From an uncultured Propionimicrobium sp. (GTDB lineage: Bacteria; Actinomycetota; Actinomycetes; Propionibacteriales; Propionibacteriaceae), in contig CAMIGX010000002.1 of assembly GCA_946221385.1 (NCBI GenBank), positions 10,824 to 74,823 of the forward strand: DNA of 64,000 nt, read 5' to 3'. The notes below the pieces were generated by a model. That model was not told the origin of the DNA. It saw nothing but the letters and a program-made list of their open reading frames with translations, and made no database searches. Each line of letters begins with the position of its first letter. Position 1 is the first letter of the stretch. Shown piece after piece: positions 18,600-28,760 of the stretch. A program made the position numbers and the translations under genes.

Positions 18600-19235
18600 A
18601 TGAAAACCCCGAAGATCGCCGCTATTGTCACCGCCGCCGCACTCATCTTGACTGGATGTGGCGGCGGCGGTGAGCAGCCAACCAATCCAGATCCGCAACC
18701 CTCCGCCACTTCAGCGCCAGCCGATAAAAAGCAGGACGGCAAAGTCGACGCAAAAGACGTCGCCAAGAAGATGGAGGCTGCCTGGAAAAATCTGCAGTTC
18801 TACAAGATTGAACTGGACTATCGCGACGGCACCAAAGACGAATACGAAGTAGATCGACGAGACGCTAAAGCTCCGAAGTTCTACTCACGCAGCACGCTGA
18901 GCAATGGTGAGGTCACCGAGACCATCGAAATTCCTGGCGATGGCGTCTACATCAAAGAAGGCGGCACCTGGTATAAGTCCCAGGCATATGCCGGCACCTT
19001 CGATTTTTCGGAGACGTTCCAAGATATCGCCCAGGACGGCAACCTGATTTTAGTCGGCACCGAAGACCGCAACGGCATTAAATGCCAGCATTACCAAAAT
19101 CCAGACGAAATCACCCGCTCCGATTTCTGGGTCGACGACAAATTCAACATTGTCGAATATGACTTCGGTAAAGATCGTGGTGTTTTCAAACTCTGGGATC
19201 ACAATGTGCCAGTTGAAATCAAGGCACCTATCTGA
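18600..19235 (+). CDS. lipoprotein of unknown function
   Basis: Signal peptide plus lipobox LTGC followed by a Gly-rich linker; GGAG RBS. Confidence 0.5.
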   Translation: MKTPKIAAIVTAAALILTGCGGGGEQPTNPDPQPSATSAPADKKQDGKVDAKDVAKKMEAAWKNLQFYKIELDYRDGTKDEYEVDRRDAKAPKFYSRSTLSNGEVTETIEIPGDGVYIKEGGTWYKSQAYAGTFDFSETFQDIAQDGNLILVGTEDRNGIKCQHYQNPDEITRSDFWVDDKFNIVEYDFGKDRGVFKLWDHNVPVEIKAPI

Positions 19236-19886
19236 TTAACCGAGCAGCAATTCGCGCAGCTGGGTAGCGTCGTCGACGATCGCCACCTGCGGTTGTTCGG
19301 CCAAGGCGTCGCGTTGTCCGGCGCCCCAGCTGACACCGATACCCGCCATGCCGGCAGCCGCTGCGGCCTGCAGATCAAACACGGAATCGCCGACGTAGAC
19401 GCTGTCGGCCGCAGCAGCCTCCATGGCCTGCAAGCCATGCAACAGCGGAGCTGGATCGGGCTTGTGCCGATCGGTGTCATCCATAGTGCTGGCCAGCAGC
19501 AGATCGTCCGGCAGCCCGGCCAGCGGCAAGACCAGCAGGCTCGACGAACGTCGCCGCGAGGTCGCGACGCCTACTTTCACGCCAGCAGCGACGAGGTCCG
19601 CTAAGAGTTCCGGAATCCCCAGATAGCCGGTTACATATTCAGCCAGGTGCGCCTCATTGAAGCTGCGGTAGGTGCGCTCCAGTTCGCCTGCGTGCTGTGG
19701 GCTGAGCTCGTTGAAGATGTCAGGCAGCGTGCGTCCGATCCAACTCTTCGCCTCAGCGTCGCTGACCTCCTGACCGAGTACTTCGCGGATCGCGTGTTGG
19801 TAGCTGTAGATGATCACGTCGATGGTGTTTGCGAGGGTTCCGTCCAGATCAAAGAGCACAGACGACCAGCGTGGAGTTGGATGCAT
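19236..19886 (-). CDS. HAD-superfamily hydrolase (phosphoglycolate-phosphatase-like)
   Basis: Motif I LFDLDGTL near the N-terminus, motif III/IV VGDSVFD; about 216 aa. Confidence 0.65.
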   Translation of the reverse strand: MHPTPRWSSVLFDLDGTLANTIDVIIYSYQHAIREVLGQEVSDAEAKSWIGRTLPDIFNELSPQHAGELERTYRSFNEAHLAEYVTGYLGIPELLADLVAAGVKVGVATSRRRSSSLLVLPLAGLPDDLLLASTMDDTDRHKPDPAPLLHGLQAMEAAAADSVYVGDSVFDLQAAAAAGMAGIGVSWGAGQRDALAEQPQVAIVDDATQLRELLLG

Positions 19887-19921
19887 ATCTCTAAGCTAGC
19901 CGGCAAGGTAGGCTCGGCAAT

Positions 19922-20560
19922 GTGAGTTCACCGGCCGCACCAGCTGAGCAGCAGACCCCGGTAGGCGATACGGGAGGCTTAGGCGTATCCCCCGCCACCG
20001 AGATCGTCGCGTTGCCGCCGCAGCCAGTGAATCTGTCCGGGCTGGATATTGACCCCAAGACCGGCGAGCCACGCAGAACAGCTTTGATCAAGGCCATCAT
20101 CGCCACCTTCGCTGCAGCTGGGGCGGCGGTCTTCGTCGGTTATTGGCTGCACTGGTGGTGGGCGATCAACATCGTCAATTTTGCCCACAGCGCCAACTTG
20201 ATCAACTGGGTAAATCCTCGGCCAGGATCTGGCATGTCGATCTTCTTGGTCATCGTGCTGGCCGTCATTGGGGCGGCTGGCGTCGCCGGGCCTTGGATCG
20301 CCTCCTACAACCTGCACGGTGGTGCGCGCTGGTCTCGCTGGGCGGGTGTCGCGGCGATCATCACCAGCGTCCTAGCGACGGTGCTCTTGCACTATTGGCT
20401 CGCTGTGGCAGTCGTTCTCTGCGTTGTCGCGACGGGACTGCTGTGGACGCGACCCGCCGAGGAATATTTCCGTCAGTGGGATGAGTATTTGGAGCCACCG
20501 GTGGCGCCGATTACGCCGCCTGAACACGTCGAATATGGCCCGACGGCACGCTTTAGCTGA
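19922..20560 (+). CDS. integral membrane protein (four predicted TM helices), function unknown
   Basis: Four hydrophobic segments; the N-terminal tail contains LDIDPKTGEP, the same short motif that is tandemly repeated in the B proteins of the cassette array. Confidence 0.4.
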   Translation: MSSPAAPAEQQTPVGDTGGLGVSPATEIVALPPQPVNLSGLDIDPKTGEPRRTALIKAIIATFAAAGAAVFVGYWLHWWWAINIVNFAHSANLINWVNPRPGSGMSIFLVIVLAVIGAAGVAGPWIASYNLHGGARWSRWAGVAAIITSVLATVLLHYWLAVAVVLCVVATGLLWTRPAEEYFRQWDEYLEPPVAPITPPEHVEYGPTARFS

Positions 20561-20568
20561 GGACGCAG

Positions 20569-21093
20569 ATGGCTGGCTTTAATTGGGAACGGATCATCCG
20601 TGACGTATTGCGCGCGATGTGGCGCTCGCTTGGCGTCGACCCGCGTCGCAGCTCAAAATCCAGCCCTGCGCCGCGTCCGACTACGAACTATCCCGGTGAC
20701 TTCCGCGGCCTACCAGAGCTGCACTACGGCCCGCGTCGTGACCAGGTGGCTGACCCTGGTGAGGTCATTTGGGCTTGGGTGCCCTTTGAGGAGGATTTCA
20801 GTCGCGGCAAGGACCGGCCCGCTTTGGTCGTCGGCTATGACGGCGGTTGGGTCTTAGCGTTGCCTATGAGCAGTCAAGATCATGGCTTGGACGCAGCTCA
20901 AGAGCAGCGCGCTGGACGCTATTGGGTAGAGATCGGCAGCGGGAAATGGGATTCTCAAGGCCGCAGCTCGTGGGTGCGCGTCGATCGGATCGTGCGCGTC
21001 AATCCAGCTGATGTGCGTCGGCACGCCGGCGATATCGATCGGGCGACCTTTAATCGCGTCGCTTCCGGGCTTCGTCGACACTGGCGGGATTAG
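20569..21093 (+). CDS. PemK/MazF-like domain protein
   Basis: The segment GEVIWAWVPFEEDFSRGKDRPALVVGYDGGWVLALPMSSQ resembles the MazF/PemK core, where the typical form is GDIVxVDF...RPALVLS...ITS. No adjacent antitoxin-like gene was recognised. Confidence 0.4.
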   Translation: MAGFNWERIIRDVLRAMWRSLGVDPRRSSKSSPAPRPTTNYPGDFRGLPELHYGPRRDQVADPGEVIWAWVPFEEDFSRGKDRPALVVGYDGGWVLALPMSSQDHGLDAAQEQRAGRYWVEIGSGKWDSQGRSSWVRVDRIVRVNPADVRRHAGDIDRATFNRVASGLRRHWRD

Positions 21094-21334
21094 CCGGCAG
21101 CCCGATCAATCCCCAGCGCGGTTGATCCATGCGCCAAAAATGCTCGACGCCGGTGACGCGGATGATGCGCGCGTCCGGGTCGACCGCGTAGTGCACGGTG
21201 AATCCCGGACGCTCGACTTTGTCAACGCAACGACGGTGCTGGTCGGCGACTAGTTCGTCAATGGCTTGCTGGACGGCTAAGCGATAAGCGGGCGGCACGA
21301 GCCCCAGCTCGCGCCCGCCCCGCTCCGTGAACTC
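21050..21334 (-). pseudogene. RelE/ParE-like toxin remnant (no in-frame ATG)
   Basis: The C-terminal ~95 codons of ORF 21050..21496 read LEFTERGG...YRLAVQQAIDEL...GFTVHYAVDPDARIIRVTGVEHFWR, which resembles the RelE/ParE fold consensus. The upstream part of the ORF overlaps the 3' end of the BCCT gene in another frame, and no ATG exists in frame. Confidence 0.2.
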
Positions 21335-21347
21335 CAAGCCCCATCGC

Positions 21348-23147
21348 TCAGGGCTTGGGCTTTGGCTTAGCGATTCGTCCAACGGTGTGCTTCTTGAACT
21401 GTTCGATCTCGAGCTGTTCTCGGTGGCGTCGACGCTCGATTGCCAGCTGGCGTCCGAAGCGTTCCTGTTCGCGCTGGTCGAGATAGATCGTGTCATTGCG
21501 AACGTCCTTGACGAAGGCGAACATCAAGCCGATCAAGATGAACAAGAACGGGGTCGCCGCGACGATCGTCACCGATTGCAGCGCGTTGAGCGCCTTGCTA
21601 CCACCGGCGAGCAGCAACGTCAGGCCAACGAAAGCCGTCGCGACACCCCAAATACCAGCCAGCCACGGCTTAGCGTCGGACTTACCGTTTTGGGACAGTG
21701 AAGCCATGACGGTCGACGCTGAGTCTGCCGAGGTGATGAAGAAAGTCGCCAGCAACAAAAGCGCAGCGAAGCCCATGATCTGGCCGCCGGGCAGCTGGTG
21801 CAGCAGGTTGAACAGCTGCTCCTCAGTGCCGCCCTCGCCGAAGATCGAGCGACCATCCTGCTCGAACTTGATCGCGGTGCCGCCGAAGATCGCGAACCAG
21901 ATTGTCGACAGCAGCGAGGGGACGACCATGACGCCGACGCAGAATTCGCGGATGGTGCGGCCGCGCGAAATGCGCGCCAAGAAGGTGCCGACGAAGGGCG
22001 ACCAAGAGATCCACCACGCCCAGTAGAAGATCGTCCAGCCACCCAGCCATTCGCCAGCGGTGCCGTCAGCGGACTCTGCGGTGCGGGCTGCCATCTCAAA
22101 GAACTGATTGAAATATTGGCCGATCGCTGTGGGCAGCATGTTCAGCTGTGCGACGGTCGGGCCCAGCACAAAGACGAAGATCGCCAGTGCAGCAGCGATG
22201 ACCATGTTGACGTTCGACAAGATCTGAATGCCGCGTCCCACGCCAGACATCGCCGACAGCAAGAAGGCCAGCGTCAACACCGCGACGATGCCGGCAGTCA
22301 AGCCCGAACCGGGATTATCCACCAGCCCGGACGCGCGCAGGCCAGCGGTGATCTGCAGCGCACCCAGACCTAGCGAGCAAGCGGTACCGAAGATGGTCGC
22401 GAAGATCGCGAAACCGTCAATGAGCTTGCCGAGCCAACCCTTGGCGAGCTTCTCGCCGATGAGCGGAACGAAAGCGCTAGACAGCAGCTGACGGCGTCCC
22501 AGGCGGAAGGTCGAGTAGGCGATCGCGAGGCCCATGATCGCGTACAGCGCCCACGGGTGCAGTGTCCAGTGGAACATGGTCTGGGCCATCGCGGTGCCGA
22601 CCTCGTTGGCTTCGTGGCCGGGCACACCATTGCGATAGAAGCTGAGCGGTTCGGAGGCACCATAGAACATCAGACCGATGCCCATTCCGGCGGCGAACAT
22701 CATCGCGATCCAGGAGGTCGTCTTAAATTCGGGTTGTTCGTCAGCGCCGCCGAGTTTGATCTCGCCGAATTTGCTGAATGCGATGACGATGACGAAGATC
22801 ACGAAGATCGAGCCAAAGAGCACGAAGGCCCAGCCAATATTGTTCATGACCCAGCTGAATGAGGCGCCGGCGAAGTCGATGAAGCTCGCGCCACCGAGCA
22901 AGCCCCACAGCACGACGGCCGCGACGATCACGACCAGTGGCACGACGATTGACCAGTCGATCTTGGCGTTCTCGTCCTCGGCAGCAAGGACTACTTGCTC
23001 TTCTTTATCAACAGCAGTTTCGGCGCGACTACCGCTCAATTCAGCGGCGATAATAGCCGCCAATTCACCAGTCGCCGACGGATCAGGTTCAGTCTGGATA
23101 GTTGGATTTTCTTCTGGCGGATCTTGGTTTAGGCCTTGATCAGTCAA
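21348..23147 (-). CDS. BCCT-family transporter (betaine/carnitine/choline)
   Basis: Twelve TM helices and the BCCT signature region ...[32 protein letters not shown]...; apparent TTG start with a GGAG RBS. Confidence 0.8.
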   Translation of the reverse strand: MTDQGLNQDPPEENPTIQTEPDPSATGELAAIIAAELSGSRAETAVDKEEQVVLAAEDENAKIDWSIVVPLVVIVAAVVLWGLLGGASFIDFAGASFSWVMNNIGWAFVLFGSIFVIFVIVIAFSKFGEIKLGGADEQPEFKTTSWIAMMFAAGMGIGLMFYGASEPLSFYRNGVPGHEANEVGTAMAQTMFHWTLHPWALYAIMGLAIAYSTFRLGRRQLLSSAFVPLIGEKLAKGWLGKLIDGFAIFATIFGTACSLGLGALQITAGLRASGLVDNPGSGLTAGIVAVLTLAFLLSAMSGVGRGIQILSNVNMVIAAALAIFVFVLGPTVAQLNMLPTAIGQYFNQFFEMAARTAESADGTAGEWLGGWTIFYWAWWISWSPFVGTFLARISRGRTIREFCVGVMVVPSLLSTIWFAIFGGTAIKFEQDGRSIFGEGGTEEQLFNLLHQLPGGQIMGFAALLLLATFFITSADSASTVMASLSQNGKSDAKPWLAGIWGVATAFVGLTLLLAGGSKALNALQSVTIVAATPFLFILIGLMFAFVKDVRNDTIYLDQREQERFGRQLAIERRRHREQLEIEQFKKHTVGRIAKPKPKP

Positions 23148-23267
23148 GAATCGTCACTCCTCGCAGCATGGACGTCAAACGTTCAGCACCCTAGCCGAGA
23201 TGACCCGTCCGCGCGATGCGTTAGACTATTTTTTGCTGCTTACAGCCGACGCTGAAAGCACCCCCAC

Positions 23268-23341
23268 GCGGGCGTAGCTCAATGGTAGAGCGCCAGCTTC
23301 CCAAGCTGGACACGCGGGTTCGATTCCCGTCGCCCGCTCCA
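23268..23341 (+). tRNA. tRNA-Gly (anticodon CCC)
   Basis: 74-nt cloverleaf: acceptor GCGGGCG/CGCCCGC, D-arm GCTC..GAGC, anticodon stem CCAGC/GCTGG with loop TTCCCAA, T-loop GGTTCGATTCC, encoded CCA. Confidence 0.85.
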
Positions 23342-23484
23342 CTATGACGTCGAAAATGATAAACACCCTCTTGCGTTAGCGAGTGCAGCGCAAAGGTGTA
23401 AATTTTTGCCACCGTTGAGGAACTCGTGTCATTTGCCTCTTCCAAGCCACAGCTTGATGAGTCGACCGACTAGAAAGGCATTGC

Positions 23485-23907
23485 ATGAGACATGGCCTAA
23501 TATTCGTCTCGGCTGTCATTGCATATTTTGTGGGTTCTTGGATATTCCTGGGGCTGATCAGCGTTGCCAGTGATGCTAATCAGCGCTTTGTCATCATCTT
23601 TTTCTTGATGCCAGTCGCGTTCATGGTATTCACTGCGGCCGTCCAGCGTTTTCTTTGTTTCATGACAGACACGCGAAACAGCTATTTCTTACACATGGCG
23701 CTAGGCGCTTTTACCGGGCTGTCTTGCTTTTTGTTCTCCCTCGATGGGTTGGGGCAAGTGCTTAACGCCGATGGATTCCTTCAGCTGTTGAGCCAGTTCT
23801 TGATACCAGGCGTCGCTGCGATAGCTGCCGGGGTTGGAGCGTCGGTTTCCATGTGGCTACCCGAGCGCTCCAACAGTCAAGGCATGAAGACAACGCCTAA
23901 TAGATGA
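23485..23907 (+). CDS. hypothetical membrane protein (four TM helices) in the low-GC islet
   Basis: The ORF shows AT-rich codon usage unlike its neighbours and hydrophobic helices. Confidence 0.35.
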   Translation: MRHGLIFVSAVIAYFVGSWIFLGLISVASDANQRFVIIFFLMPVAFMVFTAAVQRFLCFMTDTRNSYFLHMALGAFTGLSCFLFSLDGLGQVLNADGFLQLLSQFLIPGVAAIAAGVGASVSMWLPERSNSQGMKTTPNR

Positions 23908-24048
23908 AATCAGCAAGCGCCTGACAAGCAGCTAGTCGAATATTCTCAGAGACGTATCCAGCGAGCGAGCGGCTGAGAACTCCACTGTCGAGATCTGCGT
24001 ATTCAGCTATCTTTCGATATGCCTCGTCACGATTGTGTGCATCCAGGC

Positions 24049-24417
24049 TCATGCGATTTGTTTGAATCGGTTGGCTAGTTTACTTGTGTCGTTGTAGTAC
24101 TCGCGTAGCGTTGCCGACAGTAGATGGGCGTTGGAGTCGTTACCGTTTTCTAGGGTTTCTGCCAGTACGATTGCGTCTCCGTCGCAGCATAGATCGTCGC
24201 GGTTACAGTTGTTGCCTACTGAGTCCCATGACCCGTTTTCGTTTTTCTTGTCGAGGAGGAGTCCTGCAAGGCCAGGATGCTGGCGGTAATCGTTTCCTTG
24301 CCCGACTAGCGCTGAAGCTACATCATGCGAGCTGCACTCGACTACCGACGAAAGAACCCAGACAACCTCCACGTCCCAGAGATCGGAATGCTCACCTACA
24401 ACGACTCGACCGCACAC
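24049..24417 (-). CDS. hypothetical protein in the low-GC islet
   Basis: ORF only; atypical composition; an overlapping +strand ORF (24084..24437) makes the strand uncertain. Confidence 0.2.
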   Translation of the reverse strand: MCGRVVVGEHSDLWDVEVVWVLSSVVECSSHDVASALVGQGNDYRQHPGLAGLLLDKKNENGSWDSVGNNCNRDDLCCDGDAIVLAETLENGNDSNAHLLSATLREYYNDTSKLANRFKQIA

Positions 24418-24740
24418 AAAAATGTCGTTTTCGCTGACGTTCTAGAAGTAATTGAATCCGTCATCCTCTTCTGAATCTCGAACTACTTCCTCCGATTCTC
24501 GAACGAATACAAACTGTTCCACGAAGTAGAAAACTTCCCCAACGACTGGTACCAATACGTCGAATACGGCACAACCAACGAGAACCTCAGCGCGAAAATA
24601 GCCGAGACTCCAGCCCAGAAACCGTCGCGCTGCGGGCGACCAATTCGGCTCGGGCTTCGCTGTAAACCAGCAAAACCGCTAGTCCGGGGCAGTTCTTAGT
24701 GATCTGAGCTTTTTATCATTTTCGATGTCTTAGTCTCTCG

Positions 24741-25403
24741 TCATGCCGGGCGCGCCGGCTGCTTTCCGTACCCGGCGATCGCCACGATCGCTTCGTCCAT
24801 CTGCTGCTCAGACAGCAGCGCAATGTCAGCGCCGGTCGACATGGCCTTGAGGTGCACCTCGCAGATGTACTCCAGCAGCGGCAGCAGATTGACGGCCTTC
24901 TTCGCCGAATCACCGATAGTGATCGCGCCGTGATTCTTCATCAGCGCGCCCTTGCGATCCTTCAGCGCGTCAGTGACATATTGGGCCAGCTCGTCGCTGC
25001 CGAAGTGGGCATAAGGAGCGACGCGGATGATGCCGCCGAACATGCCGGAGTAGTAGTGCGACGCCGGGATCTCGTCGACGAGCAGCCCGAGCGCGGTCGA
25101 CGCGACGGCGTGGTTGTGGGTGATCGCATTCGTGCCGGTGCCGCGGTAGACGCTCAAGTGCAGCGGCAACTCTGAGGACGGATTCAGGAAACCGTCGACC
25201 TTTTCCCCGTTGACGTTGTAAACGACCACATCTTCGGCAGTCATTTCGTCATAGGGCACACCGGACGGCGAGATCGCGATCAGATCATCGACGCGAATCG
25301 ACACATTTCCCGCGGTGCCCACGATCAAATCTTCAGCCTGCATGAACAGGCAGGTGTCGACTACTTCTTGGCGTTCTTTAGCTAGCAGCATTTGAATTCT
25401 CAC
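24741..25403 (-). CDS. class II aldolase/adducin-family protein (L-ribulose-5-phosphate 4-epimerase / L-fuculose-phosphate aldolase-like)
   Basis: ...GTAGNVSIRV... N-terminal motif and the His-rich metal site typical of AraD/FucA; last gene of a seven-gene minus-strand operon. Confidence 0.7.
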   Translation of the reverse strand: MRIQMLLAKERQEVVDTCLFMQAEDLIVGTAGNVSIRVDDLIAISPSGVPYDEMTAEDVVVYNVNGEKVDGFLNPSSELPLHLSVYRGTGTNAITHNHAVASTALGLLVDEIPASHYYSGMFGGIIRVAPYAHFGSDELAQYVTDALKDRKGALMKNHGAITIGDSAKKAVNLLPLLEYICEVHLKAMSTGADIALLSEQQMDEAIVAIAGYGKQPARPA

Positions 25404-26437
25404 TTTCGATTTTCTAGGGCCTCTGGATTTGCTACATGTTTGGGGTTCTCGCCGCGGGCAAAAGCCGCGATGTCAGCGGCTCCGATGCGGGCAGCTAGTC
25501 GCGCAGCTTCTTTCGAAGCACCGCCGAGGTGCGGGGTCATCGTGATGCGGGGCGTGCTGAACAAGCGATGGTCTGCGGGCAGGGGTTCGACCGGCAAGCA
25601 ATCAAAGCCTGCCGCAAACAGCTGTCCTGAGTCGATCGCGTCACAGACCGCGTCATAGTCCACCAATGAGCCGCGGGCACAGTTGATCAAGAACGAACCG
25701 CGGGGCATCTTGGCTAGGGCCGCTGCATTGATCATGTGGTGATTTTCTGCAGTGACCCGGGCGTGCAGCGTCAAGATGTCAGATTGCGGCAGGAGTTCGT
25801 CAAGAGAGTCGACGAATTCGATTTTGGCCGGAACAGATTGCGGCTTGGCCCACGGATCGTAGACGAAGACCTGCGCGCCCATCGCGGCCATGGTTGCCGC
25901 GACCCGACTGCCGACGGCGCCGTAGCCGACGACGCCGACCCTAGACGATCCGATTTCTGGCCCAACACTTTCGAACTTGTAATAGTCCGAGCGCCACTGG
26001 CGGGCGACCACTTCCATATGTCGCTGCACGATCTGCCGAGCGGTAGCCAGGATCATCGCCACGGTGTGTTCAGCGGTCGCGACCGCGTTGCGTCCCGGGG
26101 TGAAGGTGACGACGACTCCGGCGTTAGTCGCAGCTTCCAGATTCGCGTTGACTGGGCCACCGCGGCAGACCGTCACGAGTTTCAGGTCTGGGCAGGCAGC
26201 GAAGACCTTTTCAGTGAATGGATAGGTGTGCGTCAACGCCACCTCGCAGCCTTGCAATGCTGCGATCAGTTCATCTTCGTCGCCATAAGCTTCTTTGACG
26301 TCCGCGATGTCCAAGAATGGCTCGTCGGGCCATTCGGATGTGATCGATGCGGTTTCGGCGTCGGGAAGTTCGTTCTTCAGCGCTTCAGCCATGACATCGG
26401 CGGTGACGAAACCGTCTGCAGCTAGCAGGACGCGCAT
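25400..26437 (-). CDS. D-isomer-specific 2-hydroxyacid dehydrogenase (phosphoglycerate-dehydrogenase-like)
   Basis: NAD-binding GYGAVGSRVA and the catalytic His/Glu/Arg region. Start placed at MRVLLAADGF (GAGGAG RBS), overlapping the upstream kinase stop by 1 nt. Confidence 0.7.
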   Translation of the reverse strand: MRVLLAADGFVTADVMAEALKNELPDAETASITSEWPDEPFLDIADVKEAYGDEDELIAALQGCEVALTHTYPFTEKVFAACPDLKLVTVCRGGPVNANLEAATNAGVVVTFTPGRNAVATAEHTVAMILATARQIVQRHMEVVARQWRSDYYKFESVGPEIGSSRVGVVGYGAVGSRVAATMAAMGAQVFVYDPWAKPQSVPAKIEFVDSLDELLPQSDILTLHARVTAENHHMINAAALAKMPRGSFLINCARGSLVDYDAVCDAIDSGQLFAAGFDCLPVEPLPADHRLFSTPRITMTPHLGGASKEAARLAARIGAADIAAFARGENPKHVANPEALENRK

Positions 26438-27954
26438 CACTTGCTCCTCGAGGTAGAACGTTGGATCTTGCGCATCGCTGGCCATACCGAGCTGAGTGCC
26501 GAACGGGTAGCCAGGAAAACGTCGTAGGCCATCTGATAGATCTCTTTGTTTCCTGGATTGGGTTCGAAGACTTCCATCTCAGTGCCTAGCGCGCGAGCGG
26601 CTTCGTGGACACTTTCGAAGCGTCCAGCCGAGACCAGCGCCAACACCGCGGCGCCGCGGGCACCGGCTTCAGGGGTGTCTTGACGAAGAATCTTGCGTCC
26701 CAAGGTGTCTGCCAAGATTTCACAAAGCAGATCGGAGCGGAATCCGCCGCCGGAGACGACCAGATCATTTTCGATTTGCAAAGTCTGGACGCATTCCGCC
26801 AGCGAAAATGCGACGCCTTCGTAGACCGAACGCAGCACATCCTCGCAGGTAGTCGTCAGTGACATGCCCTGCCAGGAAGCTGAAGCGTTCGAGTCGAGGA
26901 ATGGTGCGCGTTCGCCACCAGGTGAGGCATAGGGCAGATAGACCACGCCGCGCGCACCCGGACCAGATTGACGCGCACCCCGCTCAATTTCGTCCCAGCC
27001 AAGCTTTTCCAAGCCGAGCGTGCGACGGATCCAATCAAGATTCGGGGTGCCGGTCATGGGCGCGAAGAATTCCAAGACCTGGGAATCATTGCCGGTCGCC
27101 AGCACCATCGAAATGTCTGAACGCCGCTGCTCAATGCTGGGCAGCAACGTCCCGACGAAACCGGTCGTGCCCAAAATGAGCCAGCAGTCGCCGTCATTGG
27201 TGGCGTCCAATCCCATGCCGGTGACGGCGACGTCAATCATGCCGACGCCAACTGGGATTCCCGCTGGCAGGCCAGTCTCTGCTGCCGCCTGCTCGGTGAG
27301 CGGAGCCGGTTCGCCAGCTGGATGCTTGATCTCCGGTAGCAACTTCATGGCCTCCGGAATGCCCACCGCTTCAGCGAGCTCGGCATCGAAGCCGCTGGCA
27401 CCGCGGACGTCAAAGAAGCTGCGCGAAGCCTCGGTGTGATCGGTCGCGCGCACCCCGGTGAGCTTGAAACGCAGCCAGTCTTTACAGTTCAAGTGCGTCG
27501 CGGCACGAGCGATGACCTCCGGCTCGTTCTCTTTAAGTTCTTCGTAAAGGACCGGGAAGAGACCACTAAAAAGCGTGGTGCCGGTAGTCTGCAAGACTTT
27601 TTCGCCGCGGCCATCAGAGTTCCACCGATTAACTCGTTCTGCGGCTCTGCCATCGAGCCAGGTAGCCGCCGGACGTACGGGTTCTCCGTCAGCATCGATG
27701 AGCCAGGCGCCGTCGCCTTGACCAGTGAGCCCGATGGCGATCACATCATGGTCTGCGACCTGTTCTGCCACCGACCGCAAACAACCTGCGACTGCCTGCC
27801 AGATCTGATCCATGTCTTGTTCAGCCTCGCCTGCGGGGCCGTAGTTGACCGGAACTGATTCGTGGTGGCTGGCTTGAATCTTGCCATCCATATCGAAGGC
27901 CACTGCCTTGACGGCCGTCGTGCCGCCATCGATACCAATTACGATGTCACTCAT
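26437..27954 (-). CDS. FGGY-family carbohydrate kinase (xylulokinase/ribulokinase-like)
   Basis: N-terminal IGIDGGTTAVKAV and both actin-fold FGGY domains; about 505 aa. Confidence 0.75.
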   Translation of the reverse strand: MSDIVIGIDGGTTAVKAVAFDMDGKIQASHHESVPVNYGPAGEAEQDMDQIWQAVAGCLRSVAEQVADHDVIAIGLTGQGDGAWLIDADGEPVRPAATWLDGRAAERVNRWNSDGRGEKVLQTTGTTLFSGLFPVLYEELKENEPEVIARAATHLNCKDWLRFKLTGVRATDHTEASRSFFDVRGASGFDAELAEAVGIPEAMKLLPEIKHPAGEPAPLTEQAAAETGLPAGIPVGVGMIDVAVTGMGLDATNDGDCWLILGTTGFVGTLLPSIEQRRSDISMVLATGNDSQVLEFFAPMTGTPNLDWIRRTLGLEKLGWDEIERGARQSGPGARGVVYLPYASPGGERAPFLDSNASASWQGMSLTTTCEDVLRSVYEGVAFSLAECVQTLQIENDLVVSGGGFRSDLLCEILADTLGRKILRQDTPEAGARGAAVLALVSAGRFESVHEAARALGTEMEVFEPNPGNKEIYQMAYDVFLATRSALSSVWPAMRKIQRSTSRSK

Positions 27955-27957
27955 GGT

Positions 27958-28749
27958 TCACTCCTCGTCGAGTGGATGGGTAATTAATAATTCGGTGCCA
28001 CCTTCACGGCACAGAGTCGTAAATTCTTCGCCTGGATCTTTGTCGGTAATGACGTAATCAAATTCTGTGATGGCCGCGGTCTTTATCAACGCGCGGCGGG
28101 AGAATTTCGTATTGTCGACCAGCAAAATATTGGTCTTCGCTGCGGCGAGCATCGCCCGTTTCAAGGCGCTGACGTAATCGTAGGGATTGCAGATAAATCC
28201 GTCACTGACTGCCGAATCGCTCATCAAACAAATATCGACTTGGAATTCCTGCAGCTGATCAATGGCGCGATTGCCATAAAACGCATCTGACCATTTCGCG
28301 TATTTACCACCGATCATTTGCACATCCACAGAAGGATGGCGTCCCACTCGTCGCAAGACCGCCAGCGAGTTCGTGACGACAGTTACCGGGGTCTGCTCGC
28401 TGATCAGATCTAAGGCTGGCAGCACCGATGACGAGTCATCTGCGATGATGGACGCTCCACGCGGCACTAGCGGCGCGACGGCGCGGGCGAAGGCCCGCTT
28501 AGCGTCCAACTCGAGTTCCGAGCGCATCACAGAACTCATGTCAAAGATTGACGACGCTGTCGCCCGTACCCGGCCTTTCTCGAGGGAGACGATGCCTTCC
28601 TTCTCGAGCTGCGCGACGTCGCGATAGACGGTGACGACCGAAACTTGGAGAAATTCCGCGAGTTCTTCGACGTCGGCGCCGCCCTGCTCGACCACCAATT
28701 TGGCCAAATTGGTCTTGCGGTGATCGGCAGAACGGTGCGTCTCAGACAT
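27958..28749 (-). CDS. DeoR-family transcriptional regulator
   Basis: N-terminal HTH ...VSVVTVYRDVAQLEKEG... with a DeoR C-terminal domain; paralogue of the 3018..3803 regulator. Confidence 0.75.
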   Translation of the reverse strand: MSETHRSADHRKTNLAKLVVEQGGADVEELAEFLQVSVVTVYRDVAQLEKEGIVSLEKGRVRATASSIFDMSSVMRSELELDAKRAFARAVAPLVPRGASIIADDSSSVLPALDLISEQTPVTVVTNSLAVLRRVGRHPSVDVQMIGGKYAKWSDAFYGNRAIDQLQEFQVDICLMSDSAVSDGFICNPYDYVSALKRAMLAAAKTNILLVDNTKFSRRALIKTAAITEFDYVITDKDPGEEFTTLCREGGTELLITHPLDEE

Positions 28750-28760
28750 GTGCGAGCTTC

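Larger units (their letters stand above)
23342..24720. other. low-GC islet (about 48% GC vs about 63% flanks) abutting the tRNA-Gly 3' end
   Basis: A clear composition shift that starts at the tRNA end and finishes just before the AraD-like gene. It contains only hypothetical ORFs; no integrase or flanking direct repeat was found. Confidence 0.4.

Noticed and set aside
23906-24055. About 50-codon minus-strand ORF (MSLDAHNRDEAYRKIAEYADLD...) inside the low-GC islet
   Set aside because: Below the ORF-track cutoff, no RBS evident, no recognisable motif; mentioned only as a possible small gene of the islet.
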